Assembly: GCA_016840405.1 (NCBI GenBank)
Contig: JAEOSK010000001.1
Span: 1-64,000 of the forward strand
Direction: 5' to 3'
Source of the DNA: Candidatus Hermodarchaeum yapensis
Lineage (GTDB): Archaea; Asgardarchaeota; Hermodarchaeia; Hermodarchaeales; Hermodarchaeaceae
DNA: 64,000 nt
Position 1 is the first letter of the stretch; every line of letters starts with the position of its first letter. The notes below the pieces were generated by a model. The model saw nothing but the letters and a program-made list of their open reading frames with translations, ran no database searches and was not told the origin of the DNA. The position numbers were made by a program, and so were the translations under genes. Positions 1-10,379 of the stretch are shown one piece after another.

Positions 1-43
1 TGAGGAGAAAGCGTTTTAATAATATCCTGATATATGTCAGGGT

Positions 44-241
44 ATGTCCCGGGTAATACGCTTGCATTTGGTGTCAGTCAAACTCCCCAAGGCCTATGTC
101 AAAGGGCTCGATACGCTGGTTGATCGAGGAACCTATCCAACGCGCAGTGAAGCAATACGTGTGGCTATTCGCGACCTACTTAAACGGGAACTCTGGATTT
201 CAGGCTCCCCCCTCACTATGCTTCGAACGCCTGAAGATTAA
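44..241 (+). CDS. Ribbon-helix-helix (CopG/MetJ/CdrS-like) DNA-binding protein
   Basis: VSVKLP...LDTLVDRGTYPTRSEAIRVAIRDLL matches the RHH pattern. Confidence 0.85.
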   Translation: MSRVIRLHLVSVKLPKAYVKGLDTLVDRGTYPTRSEAIRVAIRDLLKRELWISGSPLTMLRTPED

Positions 242-325
242 CTCCCCTTACTCAAGTATCAGCGTTCACGCGTCCCTTGGATGAACTCTTCAACTCGTAA
301 TTTAGGGATGTTATCCTCATCCTTT

Positions 326-1850
326 TTAGGCTCTCTTCAAGACATAAAAAATACCAGCACTAGAATAGGAATAACCAGTTTCATCAAAAATCGCTTCTGC
401 GATTCTGCCATAAGAGATGCCCTTCCTTCGAAGTTCTAATATTCGTTCATAGATCTCAGAAGGCATCTCTGCATTTCCTCTTGATTGTCTCGCCCTTGCC
501 ATTTTGCCAACTTTTTTAGCTGCCTTTTGGCGTCCCGAAGCATTTAGAAAGAACGGCAAATTAACCGCCTGCTCAACGCTATCAGGCTTTTTTATCTGGA
601 TATTCCTACCTGCTTCAAATGCCCTAATTTTACAAGTTAAAAGTAATTTTGACACAAATGATTTGCTTACGCCACAAGTAATGCCAATAGCGTGATTACT
701 AACGCTTGCCCACCCGTCTCCATCACTTAATCCTTGTAGAACTTTTACTTTTATCTCGTGAGGTGCCTTGAGAAGCCATTCAGCACGAATCTGATTGTAA
801 GTTGTTACTTCGTTCCGTTTTATTCCCAGACAACAACGAAGCATCCATGTAATTATCGGGCTCTTTTCGGAGATCCAGTGGTGGTACGATCTCTTTTTCT
901 TAGGTTCAAGTTCGTTTGCTGATATTCCCAATTTTTTAAGACAATTACAAGTATAATCTCCAATTTCCTTACTCCAGTCATAAGATTTTGAAAGACGGAG
1001 ATCTAATCTCATCGAAGTCCCTCTTCCGTTCTTCACAGCATCGCTAGTCATAATACCTAACACATAAGCGAATGCCTCATTTTTTTCGATATCTTCAAAA
1101 AAGGTTTCTACTTTCATATTATGTTCGGTTTTTAATGAATCTACAACTTCACGAATTTGAACCCATTTTCTTGGTTTTAATGGAACTTCAGTGAAACCAA
1201 CTGGGTAATAGGGGTACCCATTTCTCATTTTAATTGGAAGCCATTTGTTTCCGGGTTTCAACACACGCTTCGGTATTTTAGAAGCAAGATTAACAAGATC
1301 TGGCCTAATACCTTTGTTTATCCAGTTCCAAATTTGACTTTCACGCATTTGAACCCCTTTTGCTATCTGAGAATAACTTCCTCCCTCGCTTAGCTTATTT
1401 AAAACCTGAAAATATTTGTTAACTTGGTGTAATAAGTGAAAGAACTTTCTGGGTTGAGTTAAGATAATTAATTGAAACGCGTAATTTTTCAAAGCATTTT
1501 TTGCCTTCTGTCTTGGAAAATCCTTTCTCTATAAGAAAATAAAGACGAGGTTTGCGCCCGCCCTTAATGAAACCCTGGATCTTATTTCGTGATAAATTAT
1601 ATTTTCTTGCAAACTGTCTGAGCTCATCATAATTTAGGAATGTTCTATTACGAAGCTGGTTGAAAAGTTCAACATGACTTTCAGCATCACGAATTAGCTT
1701 ACTAAAATTTTGAATGCGCCGAAGACCAAAATATTCCTGGTCAATTATTTCATGAAGAACTGCTTTTGAAGATATGTGTGTGTGACCAATTATGGGGCGC
1801 CAAATATTGATTGGTTTCAAGATTATATTTGTCGATTCTTCAGGAACCAC
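326..1850 (-). pseudogene. Free-standing double-LAGLIDADG endonuclease-like protein with HTH segments, split by a frameshift (ORFs 1419-1850 and 326-1492)
   Basis: Motifs FAYVLGIMTSDA and VLQGLSDGDGWA; HTH-like SYSQIAKG and ISYGRIAE; two overlapping same-strand ORFs in different frames; AT-rich relative to flanks. Confidence 0.65.
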
Positions 1851-1954
1851 ACTGATTATTAGGTTTTAGAAAATATAACGGGAGAGAGAGGGCATTCAAG
1901 GTGAATGATAGTTTTGTTAATAGATTAAGATATATTCCAATTTGATTACTTCGT

Positions 1955-3037
1955 TTAACGCTCGCGTTCTCCTTGAATGAATTCTTCAACATACCTTTTT
2001 GCAATAGAATCTTCGATCTGTTCTGGAGGGTGTTTAAATGAGTAGGCTGAGATGCTAAGGAGCGGACCGCTCACTCCTCGGTCCAAGGCGATCTTAGTCG
2101 CCCGAATGACGTCCGCAACTACTCCCGCGCTGTTCGGTGAGTCTTCTACTGATAGCTTCAATGCTACACTAATTGGCATCCCACCCCATTTCTTTCCTTG
2201 GGCGTGGATGTAGCAAATCTTTGTATCATCAAGGAAAGGAACGTAGTCGCTGGGTCCAATTCGAGTGGGAACAGGATAATCAAGAATGCTGGTTACTGCT
2301 TCTGTCTTGCTGATACGCTTACTTTTCAAACGATGCTCAGCAAGCATATTCTCGAAATCAGTATTTCCACCGATATTGAGCTGATAGGTTTCATCAATTT
2401 CCACACCACGATCGGAAAGAAGCTGGGCAATCACTCGATGCAGAATTGTAGCGCCAACCTGGCTTTTGATGTCGTCTCCCGCCATTGGAAGACCTGCTTT
2501 GCGGAATTTCTCCTGCCAACCACTATCTGATACAATGAACTCAGGAATGCAATTAATAAATCCGCAACCAGCATCGAGAGCCGCTTGGGCATAATAGCGG
2601 GATGCTTCAGCACTTCCGACAGGAAGAAAATTGATCAGGATTTCTGCGCCCGCCTTTCGCAGCTCTTCTGCAACGTCAACTGGCTTCATCTCCTTCGCAT
2701 CATATACATCAAAGGAGCCTTTCATGTGATCGGCAACGCCATCTAAAATGGGGGCTGGTAACACTTCAACTCCTAACTTGGGAACCTCGGCAAATTTGAT
2801 AACTACGTTAGGATGTACGAAAATTGCCTCACTGATGTCTTTTCCAATTTTGCCAGCATTAACTTCGAAGGCTCCTACAAACTCTATGTCTCTAGGCAGA
2901 TACTCGCCAAAGGAAGGGTGCATGAGTCCTGTAACTCGCTCCTCTTTTCCTGTAACGCCTTTGTAATAGTAGATGCCTTGAACAAGGCTTGATGCACAAT
3001 TTCCAAGCCCTGCGATAGCGACTTTAATGGGTCCCAT
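1955..3037 (-). CDS. ino1: myo-inositol-1-phosphate synthase
   Basis: IAGLGNCASSLVQG, GDDIKSQVGAT, QLNIGGNTDF, EDSPNSAG. Confidence 0.95.
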   Translation of the reverse strand: MGPIKVAIAGLGNCASSLVQGIYYYKGVTGKEERVTGLMHPSFGEYLPRDIEFVGAFEVNAGKIGKDISEAIFVHPNVVIKFAEVPKLGVEVLPAPILDGVADHMKGSFDVYDAKEMKPVDVAEELRKAGAEILINFLPVGSAEASRYYAQAALDAGCGFINCIPEFIVSDSGWQEKFRKAGLPMAGDDIKSQVGATILHRVIAQLLSDRGVEIDETYQLNIGGNTDFENMLAEHRLKSKRISKTEAVTSILDYPVPTRIGPSDYVPFLDDTKICYIHAQGKKWGGMPISVALKLSVEDSPNSAGVVADVIRATKIALDRGVSGPLLSISAYSFKHPPEQIEDSIAKRYVEEFIQGERER

Positions 3038-3191
3038 GATAACCGCCTACATGTAATAGTTTATGGTGATAAAGTATATGGGGCGACTAAGCCGCGTGCA
3101 CCATTTAAGCATTTCTCCTCTTTCGAACAAAAAGCCTGCGGGAGGCAGCAAGTTAAAATCGGTGAATTCTCCTTAACGCTAGCGAGCAGCC

Positions 3192-4379
3192 ATGTCATAT
3201 ATCTCTTATCAGACCCGAAGATCTAGTATTCTTCTCCCCATTCTTGTTGCCATCGGCATGATTGCCTACTTTGTTGTACTTGTATTTGCCTTTTCAAATC
3301 TCCACCTTGTCTTTCCCGAGATTCCTCCGCCTCCTCTTGCCAGTGCGCTTCGATATTTTCTCCTTCCAGTAGCCTTCGCATTCCCATGGATCCTCTTCGT
3401 CCTCATTTTCCGGGAACGAACTATTAATGCCACAGAAATCATGAACCAAAAGGGGAACCTCATTCCTCTCAGATGGCAAATGCTTTACGGGTTCAATACT
3501 CTGATAATCCTCGGCTTTTTCATCTTCCCATTCATCTCTCCTCCACTCGGAATTTTTGCTGCCCTCGTATTAGCCTATCGCCTTGTTCATCGGTCCGAAA
3601 ACATATGGCAGAAAAGTCCAGGCATGCGAATGGGCTATACTCTGATTCTTTTCATCCTCTTAGCTGCTGTTCCTGTCTATTTAACAATAATCTGGTTTCA
3701 ATACATTCTCGCTGTTGTTGGCGCTATGCTAGCTGGGTGGATTTTCTTCTTCGATCCATTATACTTCACATCACTTTGTATTGTCAACGCCCTGTCATTA
3801 GGTGCACTCCTCGCACTCTCTTACGGCACATTAGACGACAAAGGGAAGGTCACATACAGCGACAGCAAGAAAATGTGGTATATTTGGTTTGGACAACTCA
3901 TCATAATTATTGCCCAATGGATTCTTCTCAATCCTTTCCCCTTTTTCTATAACATATGGGGATTCACCTTTGCTGCACCTGATCCCATCGGATTTGCAGG
4001 CAATTTAGGAAATATCTCCTACATCAACTACATATGTTTAGGTATCATTGCCATAGTTTACCTTGTTCGGTTCATCCTACGAATCGGAGGCCCCTTGCGG
4101 TTATCAATCATCGGTATCCTTTTTGCCTCTGCATTTCTTGTTGTCGAAATCCTGTCTACCTTATTCATTGTACCAGGAAGTGTAATTCGACCAGTTCTAA
4201 TTATCGGATCAAGCCTGATATTCATCATTGCTTTCACAATCAGCTTCTTCGCAGCACCCGATGAACTCATCGAGAAAGACGAACTGATTGCTGAAGAGAC
4301 CGACCGCTTGGAAGAACTAGCTACTGAAGAAGCTGAAACTGCAACTGAAGAAACTGAAGAGACTACAGCTGAAAGTTAA
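3192..4379 (+). CDS. Multi-pass membrane protein with acidic C-terminal tail, unknown function
   Basis: About 10 hydrophobic segments; E-rich tail. Confidence 0.8.
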   Translation: MSYISYQTRRSSILLPILVAIGMIAYFVVLVFAFSNLHLVFPEIPPPPLASALRYFLLPVAFAFPWILFVLIFRERTINATEIMNQKGNLIPLRWQMLYGFNTLIILGFFIFPFISPPLGIFAALVLAYRLVHRSENIWQKSPGMRMGYTLILFILLAAVPVYLTIIWFQYILAVVGAMLAGWIFFFDPLYFTSLCIVNALSLGALLALSYGTLDDKGKVTYSDSKKMWYIWFGQLIIIIAQWILLNPFPFFYNIWGFTFAAPDPIGFAGNLGNISYINYICLGIIAIVYLVRFILRIGGPLRLSIIGILFASAFLVVEILSTLFIVPGSVIRPVLIIGSSLIFIIAFTISFFAAPDELIEKDELIAEETDRLEELATEEAETATEETEETTAES

Positions 4380-4383
4380 TCGA

Positions 4384-4749
4384 TTACACATTGCGGAGAA
4401 ATGCGGGGACTTTTGATAATTCAATTAGGGGAATGTAAAGCCACTTCCGGTCAAATGTGCCCGAAGCATAATCCCACACTTCCTCAGGATCAGACTTGTA
4501 TTTGATAAAAGGGCCCTTAGGTCCCTTGTCGAGTTCTACATACAGAAATAATGGCAAACCTTCCAGTTCCCAGTAACCAGGAATTGAAGTAAATGTACCC
4601 ATGATGTGTTTATTTCCACGTTTGAAGTGGAGAATTGTGGCGGTACGTTCTCTAACAGCCCAAAAATGAACGAGGCGAACAAGATTGTTAAGATCTTTGA
4701 TTTTCATGAGAACTGCGGGTTTGAAGTCTAAGTCAGTCAAAGCAATCAA
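4384..4749 (-). CDS. Hypothetical protein
   Basis: 121-aa ORF filling the gap, globular composition, TTG start. Confidence 0.7.
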   Translation of the reverse strand: MIALTDLDFKPAVLMKIKDLNNLVRLVHFWAVRERTATILHFKRGNKHIMGTFTSIPGYWELEGLPLFLYVELDKGPKGPFIKYKSDPEEVWDYASGTFDRKWLYIPLIELSKVPAFLRNV

Positions 4750-4844
4750 CTGTGCGTCATAATCAATTCATGAAAATAAAGTCTTTGCTTAGATGAAGGT
4801 TAGTACCAGCATTTTTGAGGATGTATGCAAAAAGCTAGTTTGCA

Positions 4845-5624
4845 ATGGAGTTTCGAATTGCGTGCGCTCAAATGGATGTTGCATTGGGAAATAAGAAACA
4901 AAACTTGGAGCATGCAGCGGAGATTATGAAGGAGGCAGCGAGTCGCAAAGTTGATCTTATTGTTTTTCCAGAGCTCTTTACAACAGGTTATTGTTTGGAT
5001 CAGGCAAATGTCCTTGCTGAACCATCCAATGGCCATTCCATTGAACTTCTTCGTGACTTGGCGGGTCGGTTTCGGATATTCATTGTCGCGGGTAGTATCC
5101 TTGAACGCCGCAATCAAGATATCTACAACACCTGCCATTTGATAGGAAAAGATGGGAAATTACTTGGGTATTATGACAAAGTTCATCTATTTCCCCCCTT
5201 CGAAGAACCTCGTTACCTAACGGCTGGAACAAGAGCTCCAATATTCAAAACTAGTCTAGGAATATTTGGGTTGATGATTTGTTTTGACCTCAGGTTTCCT
5301 GAGATAGCTCGTGAGTTGACAATTAATGGATCGCAAATCATATTTTGTCCTGCGGAGTTTCCTGCAGAACGGATAGCAGTATGGGCAACTCTATTACGGG
5401 CTAGAGCGATTGAAAATCAAGTATTTGTGGTGGGTTGTAACCGAACCGGGAGTGATGGCAAAACCCTCTTTGGTGGACGGAGTGCCATCATCGACCCTGA
5501 GGGTACTACCCTTTCTCAAGCTGATGATTCGCCTCAGCTAATTGATGTAAAAATAAATCTAGCTGATGTGGAATCAGTTCGCCAAAAGTTCCCGCTGATG
5601 AAGTATCGTCGCACCAAATTCTGA
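4845..5624 (+). CDS. Carbon-nitrogen hydrolase (nitrilase/omega-amidase family)
   Basis: E-K-C triad: FPE, YDKVHLF, ICFDLRFPE. Confidence 0.92.
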   Translation: MEFRIACAQMDVALGNKKQNLEHAAEIMKEAASRKVDLIVFPELFTTGYCLDQANVLAEPSNGHSIELLRDLAGRFRIFIVAGSILERRNQDIYNTCHLIGKDGKLLGYYDKVHLFPPFEEPRYLTAGTRAPIFKTSLGIFGLMICFDLRFPEIARELTINGSQIIFCPAEFPAERIAVWATLLRARAIENQVFVVGCNRTGSDGKTLFGGRSAIIDPEGTTLSQADDSPQLIDVKINLADVESVRQKFPLMKYRRTKF

Positions 5625-5678
5625 GCGATAATTTCTGCACACAAGTCAAACCTTTAAGAAGGACAAATTCAAGTTAAG

Positions 5679-6368
5679 GTGTTGACTATTCGCTCACTGG
5701 TGGCAAGAAACGTGTGGCGTCGAAAACGTGAAGGAGTCATTCAGGATCTGATTCTTCAGCATGCACAAATCGTACTAAAAACGGTCCAAGCGCTTTATGA
5801 CTATATCAGTGTTGTTCGCAAGAAAAAACCTGACAAACGGGTGGTTGAGAAAGAAGAAGAACTCGGTGAGAATGTGTTAAAACTTGAGAGGCAAGCTGAT
5901 GAACTTGAAGAAAAAGTTGACGAAGAACTCTTTCGTGGTGCATTTCTTCCTGTGACTAGTAGTGATCGATTCGATTTAATCGCTTCAGTAGACGGTATAG
6001 CGGATCGTTGCGAAATTATTGTTCGTAAACTCCGTATTATTGCTGAACCAATTGAGCTAGATGTTAAGGAAAAACTCAGTGAAATGGCCCGCCTTTCTGT
6101 TGAGGCTACAGAAGCGCTAGTTGAAAGTATTGAACTGATGGGTAAGGATTTTGATGGTGCCCTATCGAAAGGGCATTCTGTGTATTCTATTCGAGAAAAG
6201 AACCGTGATGTGGAATTTGAAACGCTTGAGCTGCTTGTCGACCTTGAAATGGAATGTTCAACCTTTGTGCTCTTGCATGATGTCATCCAACTATTAGGAC
6301 AGACAACAGATAGAGCTAAAGTTGCAGCTGAAAGTGTCATCTCGATGGTAATCAAATATCGATCGTAA
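5679..6368 (+). CDS. DUF47/PhoU-like phosphate transport regulator
   Basis: LERQADELE..., GAFLP..DRFDLI..VDGIAD repeat pattern. Confidence 0.85.
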   Translation: MLTIRSLVARNVWRRKREGVIQDLILQHAQIVLKTVQALYDYISVVRKKKPDKRVVEKEEELGENVLKLERQADELEEKVDEELFRGAFLPVTSSDRFDLIASVDGIADRCEIIVRKLRIIAEPIELDVKEKLSEMARLSVEATEALVESIELMGKDFDGALSKGHSVYSIREKNRDVEFETLELLVDLEMECSTFVLLHDVIQLLGQTTDRAKVAAESVISMVIKYRS

Positions 6369-6400
6369 AAATGCGTGGCAAGCGTTTTCTCAGAAGAGCT

Positions 6401-7195
6401 CTAGCTGAATTCAGCTCGGCGTTTAAGATATTTTTCTCGCAGTCGTTGGTAGGTGGCTTCATCTACACCACCTGCTCGCATACGTTGCTCTAATCGGTTT
6501 AGCAATTCGTCAATAGCTTGCCGTTCTGATGACACCTCATCACTGGACATCTCATTGTTATTCGTCGTTATCTGAGAAGTTTCGGAGTTTGTGCTGGGTT
6601 GGTCCATTTCAGGAGGTGGTGTCGAATTAGAATTGGGTGAAGTGGATAAGCCATTTTGTTCAAGTTGTTCCTCAAGCTTTGCCATTTCCTCTTCAATGGC
6701 GTCAAGTTGTTCTTTGACGTGTTCATCCGTTTCCGCTGTCTCTTCTGCTCTGGTTCGGCGAGCCCGAAGGAACCTTGAACTTGACGGTGAATCTTGTTGG
6801 ATACTCGAACTGGAACTATTTACTGAATTTACACCCGCAGGGGAGTTACTAATCGCACCTGGTTCAACCACGATGGTTTCCAATTCCGCGGCACGTTTAT
6901 CTCGCCGAATTCTTGGTTGAGCACGTTTTCTGGTCACGCGCTCACCTGACGCAGAACGAGCACCTCTCGGGAGTGGGCGTCGCGGCTCTTCAGTCACAGT
7001 TGGTTGACTACGTCGGTCCAACAATAAACTAGCAGCCAAAACGGGAATCCAGGCTAGAATTACAATGTTTAAGAGGCTATTTAAGCCCGGAAACAAACTT
7101 TCGAGAAGACCTGTAATTACGAAGGCGTCGACGATTAAGAGGACTGCAAAGATGACAAATATTCCAATGATTGCTGATGAGCGCTTACTAGGCAT
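6401..7195 (-). CDS. Membrane-anchored protein: 2 TM, disordered linker, coiled coil, C-terminal SHOCT/CdvA-like helical hairpin
   Basis: N-terminal hydrophobic hairpin; S/P-rich linkers; LNRLEQRMRAGGVDEATYQRLREKY. Confidence 0.7.
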   Translation of the reverse strand: MPSKRSSAIIGIFVIFAVLLIVDAFVITGLLESLFPGLNSLLNIVILAWIPVLAASLLLDRRSQPTVTEEPRRPLPRGARSASGERVTRKRAQPRIRRDKRAAELETIVVEPGAISNSPAGVNSVNSSSSSIQQDSPSSSRFLRARRTRAEETAETDEHVKEQLDAIEEEMAKLEEQLEQNGLSTSPNSNSTPPPEMDQPSTNSETSQITTNNNEMSSDEVSSERQAIDELLNRLEQRMRAGGVDEATYQRLREKYLKRRAEFS

Positions 7196-7201
7196 GCTCT
7201 A

Positions 7202-7900
7202 TTAGTCACCTGTGACTGACTCTTTTTTTCCCCGCATTGAAGAAGGTAAACGTCTTCTTTCCTTTTTTTCCAACCTGGCTAAATACTTGTTGCGCAACCG
7301 GTTGTATAACTGCTTTGAGATTGCGCGTTTCGCAAGCTTTTCATCCAACGCTTCAAGAAGCTGACGGACTGCAAGTTCGGACAAGTCTTCATCTTCATCG
7401 ACTTGTTCTTCCACCACAGGAGCCGGTGAATCTAAAGTAAGATCAGTTATCTCGGAGTCACTTACGGATGCCTCAGCTAGTTGACTCTTTAGCATCTGAA
7501 CGCGCTTTTCAAGTTCATCAATTCTCTCTTGGAGCTTTTCTGAAGGAACTTCTCTTTTGGGTTTCTGTATTTCTTCGGGCTCCTTTAGAGTAGGAGGAAT
7601 TTCTGGTCTAGCTTCCTCTACTTCAGTATCTAGGAGTCTAGCTTGAACTGCTTCTATACTTCTCGGTTCTTCGGTTTCAGCTGCCTCCAAGGCTGTGTCC
7701 GGAAGGGGCGAAGAAAGAGACGGAGGAGGTGAAGGTTCATCAGAGTCTTGCGTTTGGTATACATAGACTATAGCAATTCCAAGACACATGATGATTAGAG
7801 CAAATATGCCAATTATCGGTGAAATAAAAAAGAGAAAAATGCCGAAAATGAAGGTTATACAACAACAAACAATATACCCTGCTCGACTTTCCCGACTCAT
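7202..7900 (-). CDS. Membrane-anchored protein with the same architecture as its neighbour
   Basis: N-terminal TM hairpin with CCC; P/E-rich linker; coiled coil; LEALDEKLAKRAISKQLYNRLRNKY. Confidence 0.7.
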   Translation of the reverse strand: MSRESRAGYIVCCCITFIFGIFLFFISPIIGIFALIIMCLGIAIVYVYQTQDSDEPSPPPSLSSPLPDTALEAAETEEPRSIEAVQARLLDTEVEEARPEIPPTLKEPEEIQKPKREVPSEKLQERIDELEKRVQMLKSQLAEASVSDSEITDLTLDSPAPVVEEQVDEDEDLSELAVRQLLEALDEKLAKRAISKQLYNRLRNKYLARLEKKERRRLPSSMRGKKESVTGD

Positions 7901-8061
7901 CGGTTGTCAACCAAATTCCGGTAACTTGAGAGAAATTCTCTTCTCACATTAAGTCTTGTTGTATCACCCTAATAACTAATCCTTGTGGCTTGTCTAATTT
8001 CCGATTTCCCCTGAAAGTTTTCCTGGCAACACACATTTAAACACATTTTCCTGCAGAATGC

Positions 8062-9099
8062 TTGAGTGGTGTCCTTAAATTGCCAATTCTTCGTTCAGGA
8101 AAAGTCCCTCCAGAAACACTTGAAAAGCATGTCTTTCCATATCTTGGCTCTGGAGATTCAGATATAATTCATGGTCCAGGAATAGGCAGGGATGCAGCCT
8201 TAATTCGCATAGGTCGACAAGTAGCAGTAGCGACTACTGATCCCATTACTGGGACTGTTCACAAAATTGGATCATATGTTATCCATATCTGTGCTAATGA
8301 TGTAGCCACGTTTGGTATACGCCCTCGCTGGTTCTTGGCTACAATCCTACTTCCTGAAAACGCTAACACACAGATGCTCGAAGATATCATGGCCTCAATG
8401 CATACAACTGCAAAGACGCTTAATGTGGCAATTATCGGTGGACATACTGAGGTAACGCCTGGTTTAGGGCGTCCCATAATTATCGGATTTATGCTTGGTA
8501 TTGCTGAAGATGAGGAGTATGTGACCTCATCAAATGCTCAACCTGATAATTCCTTGATTCTCACCAAAGGCGTAGCTATAGAAGGAACTGCAATTCTCGC
8601 GTCTGAACGTGCTAATGACCTCCGCCAAAAGCTAGCTGAGAATGTGATTGAACGAGCGCAACTGTTCATCAATCAACTAAGTGTTGTTCCTGAGGCAATG
8701 GAAGCTATGAAAACTGGAGCAGTTACTGCCATGCATGATCCCACTGAAGGTGGGGTTGCAAATGGGATTCATGAAATGGCTGATGCCTCAGGAGTTGGCT
8801 TCATAGTCGATCGTGGCGCACTGATGGTTCATGAAGAAACCCGCCATATCTGCCAAGCGCTTGAGATTGACCCTCTAAATTTGATTGCAAGTGGAGCAAT
8901 GATAATCGCTGTTGATCGTACTAAGGCGAATAGTGTCATAGACGTCCTGCAAAAGGCAGGAATCTCTGCTACTACCATTGGGCGCTTAGTAAGAGATCCG
9001 AAAATTCGAAATATCATTGAACCCGATGGATCTATCCATCCCCTGCCAAAACCCAAGGAAGACGCACTCTGGAATGCACTATCCAAATCTGTGAAGTAA
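8062..9099 (+). CDS. AIR synthase-related (HypE/ThiL/PurM superfamily) protein
   Basis: GPGIGRDAA, TTDPITG, ANDVAT, GGHTE, MHDPTEGG. Confidence 0.88.
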   Translation: MSGVLKLPILRSGKVPPETLEKHVFPYLGSGDSDIIHGPGIGRDAALIRIGRQVAVATTDPITGTVHKIGSYVIHICANDVATFGIRPRWFLATILLPENANTQMLEDIMASMHTTAKTLNVAIIGGHTEVTPGLGRPIIIGFMLGIAEDEEYVTSSNAQPDNSLILTKGVAIEGTAILASERANDLRQKLAENVIERAQLFINQLSVVPEAMEAMKTGAVTAMHDPTEGGVANGIHEMADASGVGFIVDRGALMVHEETRHICQALEIDPLNLIASGAMIIAVDRTKANSVIDVLQKAGISATTIGRLVRDPKIRNIIEPDGSIHPLPKPKEDALWNALSKSVK

Positions 9100-9107
9100 T
9101 AATTAGA

Positions 9108-10367
9108 TTACTTCTTCCCAATGCGTTTCAAAATGATATCTAATATTAGGTGGGCGATTTTTTTCTTTGACGTTTTTGGAATATGAATAATTTCCTTCGC
9201 TTCATCAATTGCAAATAATTCATTCGTCTCGGTGTCGAAACCCACACCCTTTCGACCCACATCATTTGCTAAAATCAAATCTGCTTTCGCAGTCTTCAAT
9301 CGTGCGTATGCCCGTGTAATTAATTCATCATCAGAAACCTGATGTTCGGCTTTGAAGAGAACGAGAAATGGTGTTTTCTGTTTCTTTTTAATGGAATCAA
9401 CAACTTTGGGAGTAGGTTGAAAGGTTATTGATAGGGTAGCGGTTTTTTCTGTGGGAACTTTTTCTTTTCGAGGTTGTTTCGGTGTCCAATCTGCTACTGC
9501 TGCAGCAGCAATTGCTACATCAAATTTTGTGGTTTCTAGCTCTGCAACAACGGCATCAACCATTTCCTGAGTCGTTTCAACAGGAATGACTTTCACACCC
9601 TCTGGTGGAGGGACGGAGCCTCTTCCATAAACCAAAGTAACTTTAGCTCCCCTTGCATATGCCGCTTTTGCTAACTCGACACCCATTCGACCTGAACTCT
9701 TACTTGTCACAATACGAACCGGGTCAATATATTCAATAGTTGGGCCCGCAGTAATCAGGAACTGTTTCTTATCCAAATCGTGTTTAGCTCCGATTTTCTG
9801 GATGATAGCACTGACAACCTCTTTTGTAGTAGCAATTTTCGCTTTTCCTTCCTCTAGTCGTGGACCAATGAACACTACGCCCAAGTCTTCAAGTTTCTTG
9901 ATGTTCTCTCGGACAATCGGATGATTATACATGGAGGCATGCATCGCTGGTACAATCATAATTGGAATACCCGTACCAAATGCGGTTGTAACAGTGGAGG
10001 TAACGGGTGTATCATCAACACCCATAGCAATCTTCGAGATGGTATTCGCCGTAGCTGGTGCTACAAGGATGAGATCCGCTTTTTCTTCGTGCTCACCAGC
10101 TAACGCCACATGTTCAATTGCACCAGTTAATTCCGTGATGACCGAATTCCCTGTCGCCCACTCCATAAGATAGGGATGAATAATGATATGTGCCGCTTCG
10201 GAGAATACGGCGACAACTTCCGCTCCATGACGCATTAGCAAACGGGCAATCTCTGGGCTTTGAACCGCGGCAACACTTCCTGTGATACAGTGTACTATGA
10301 ATTTACCACGGAGTTCAACTCCTTGAGACTCGATTATATCCCTTGATGGGTGCGTTGCTTTTCGCAT
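9108..10367 (-). CDS. coaBC: Bifunctional phosphopantothenoylcysteine decarboxylase/synthetase
   Basis: ITGSVAA, APATANTI, PAMHASM, ITAGPT.E.IDPVR, SSGRMG. Confidence 0.96.
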   Translation of the reverse strand: MRKATHPSRDIIESQGVELRGKFIVHCITGSVAAVQSPEIARLLMRHGAEVVAVFSEAAHIIIHPYLMEWATGNSVITELTGAIEHVALAGEHEEKADLILVAPATANTISKIAMGVDDTPVTSTVTTAFGTGIPIMIVPAMHASMYNHPIVRENIKKLEDLGVVFIGPRLEEGKAKIATTKEVVSAIIQKIGAKHDLDKKQFLITAGPTIEYIDPVRIVTSKSSGRMGVELAKAAYARGAKVTLVYGRGSVPPPEGVKVIPVETTQEMVDAVVAELETTKFDVAIAAAAVADWTPKQPRKEKVPTEKTATLSITFQPTPKVVDSIKKKQKTPFLVLFKAEHQVSDDELITRAYARLKTAKADLILANDVGRKGVGFDTETNELFAIDEAKEIIHIPKTSKKKIAHLILDIILKRIGKK

Positions 10368-10379
10368 TGTAATCTCATC

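Noticed and set aside
44-241. Calling the RHH gene cdrS
   Set aside because: No ftsZ follows it in this window, so the diagnostic context is missing.
8062-9099. Calling this gene hypE
   Set aside because: Lacks the C-terminal PRIC motif of HypE.
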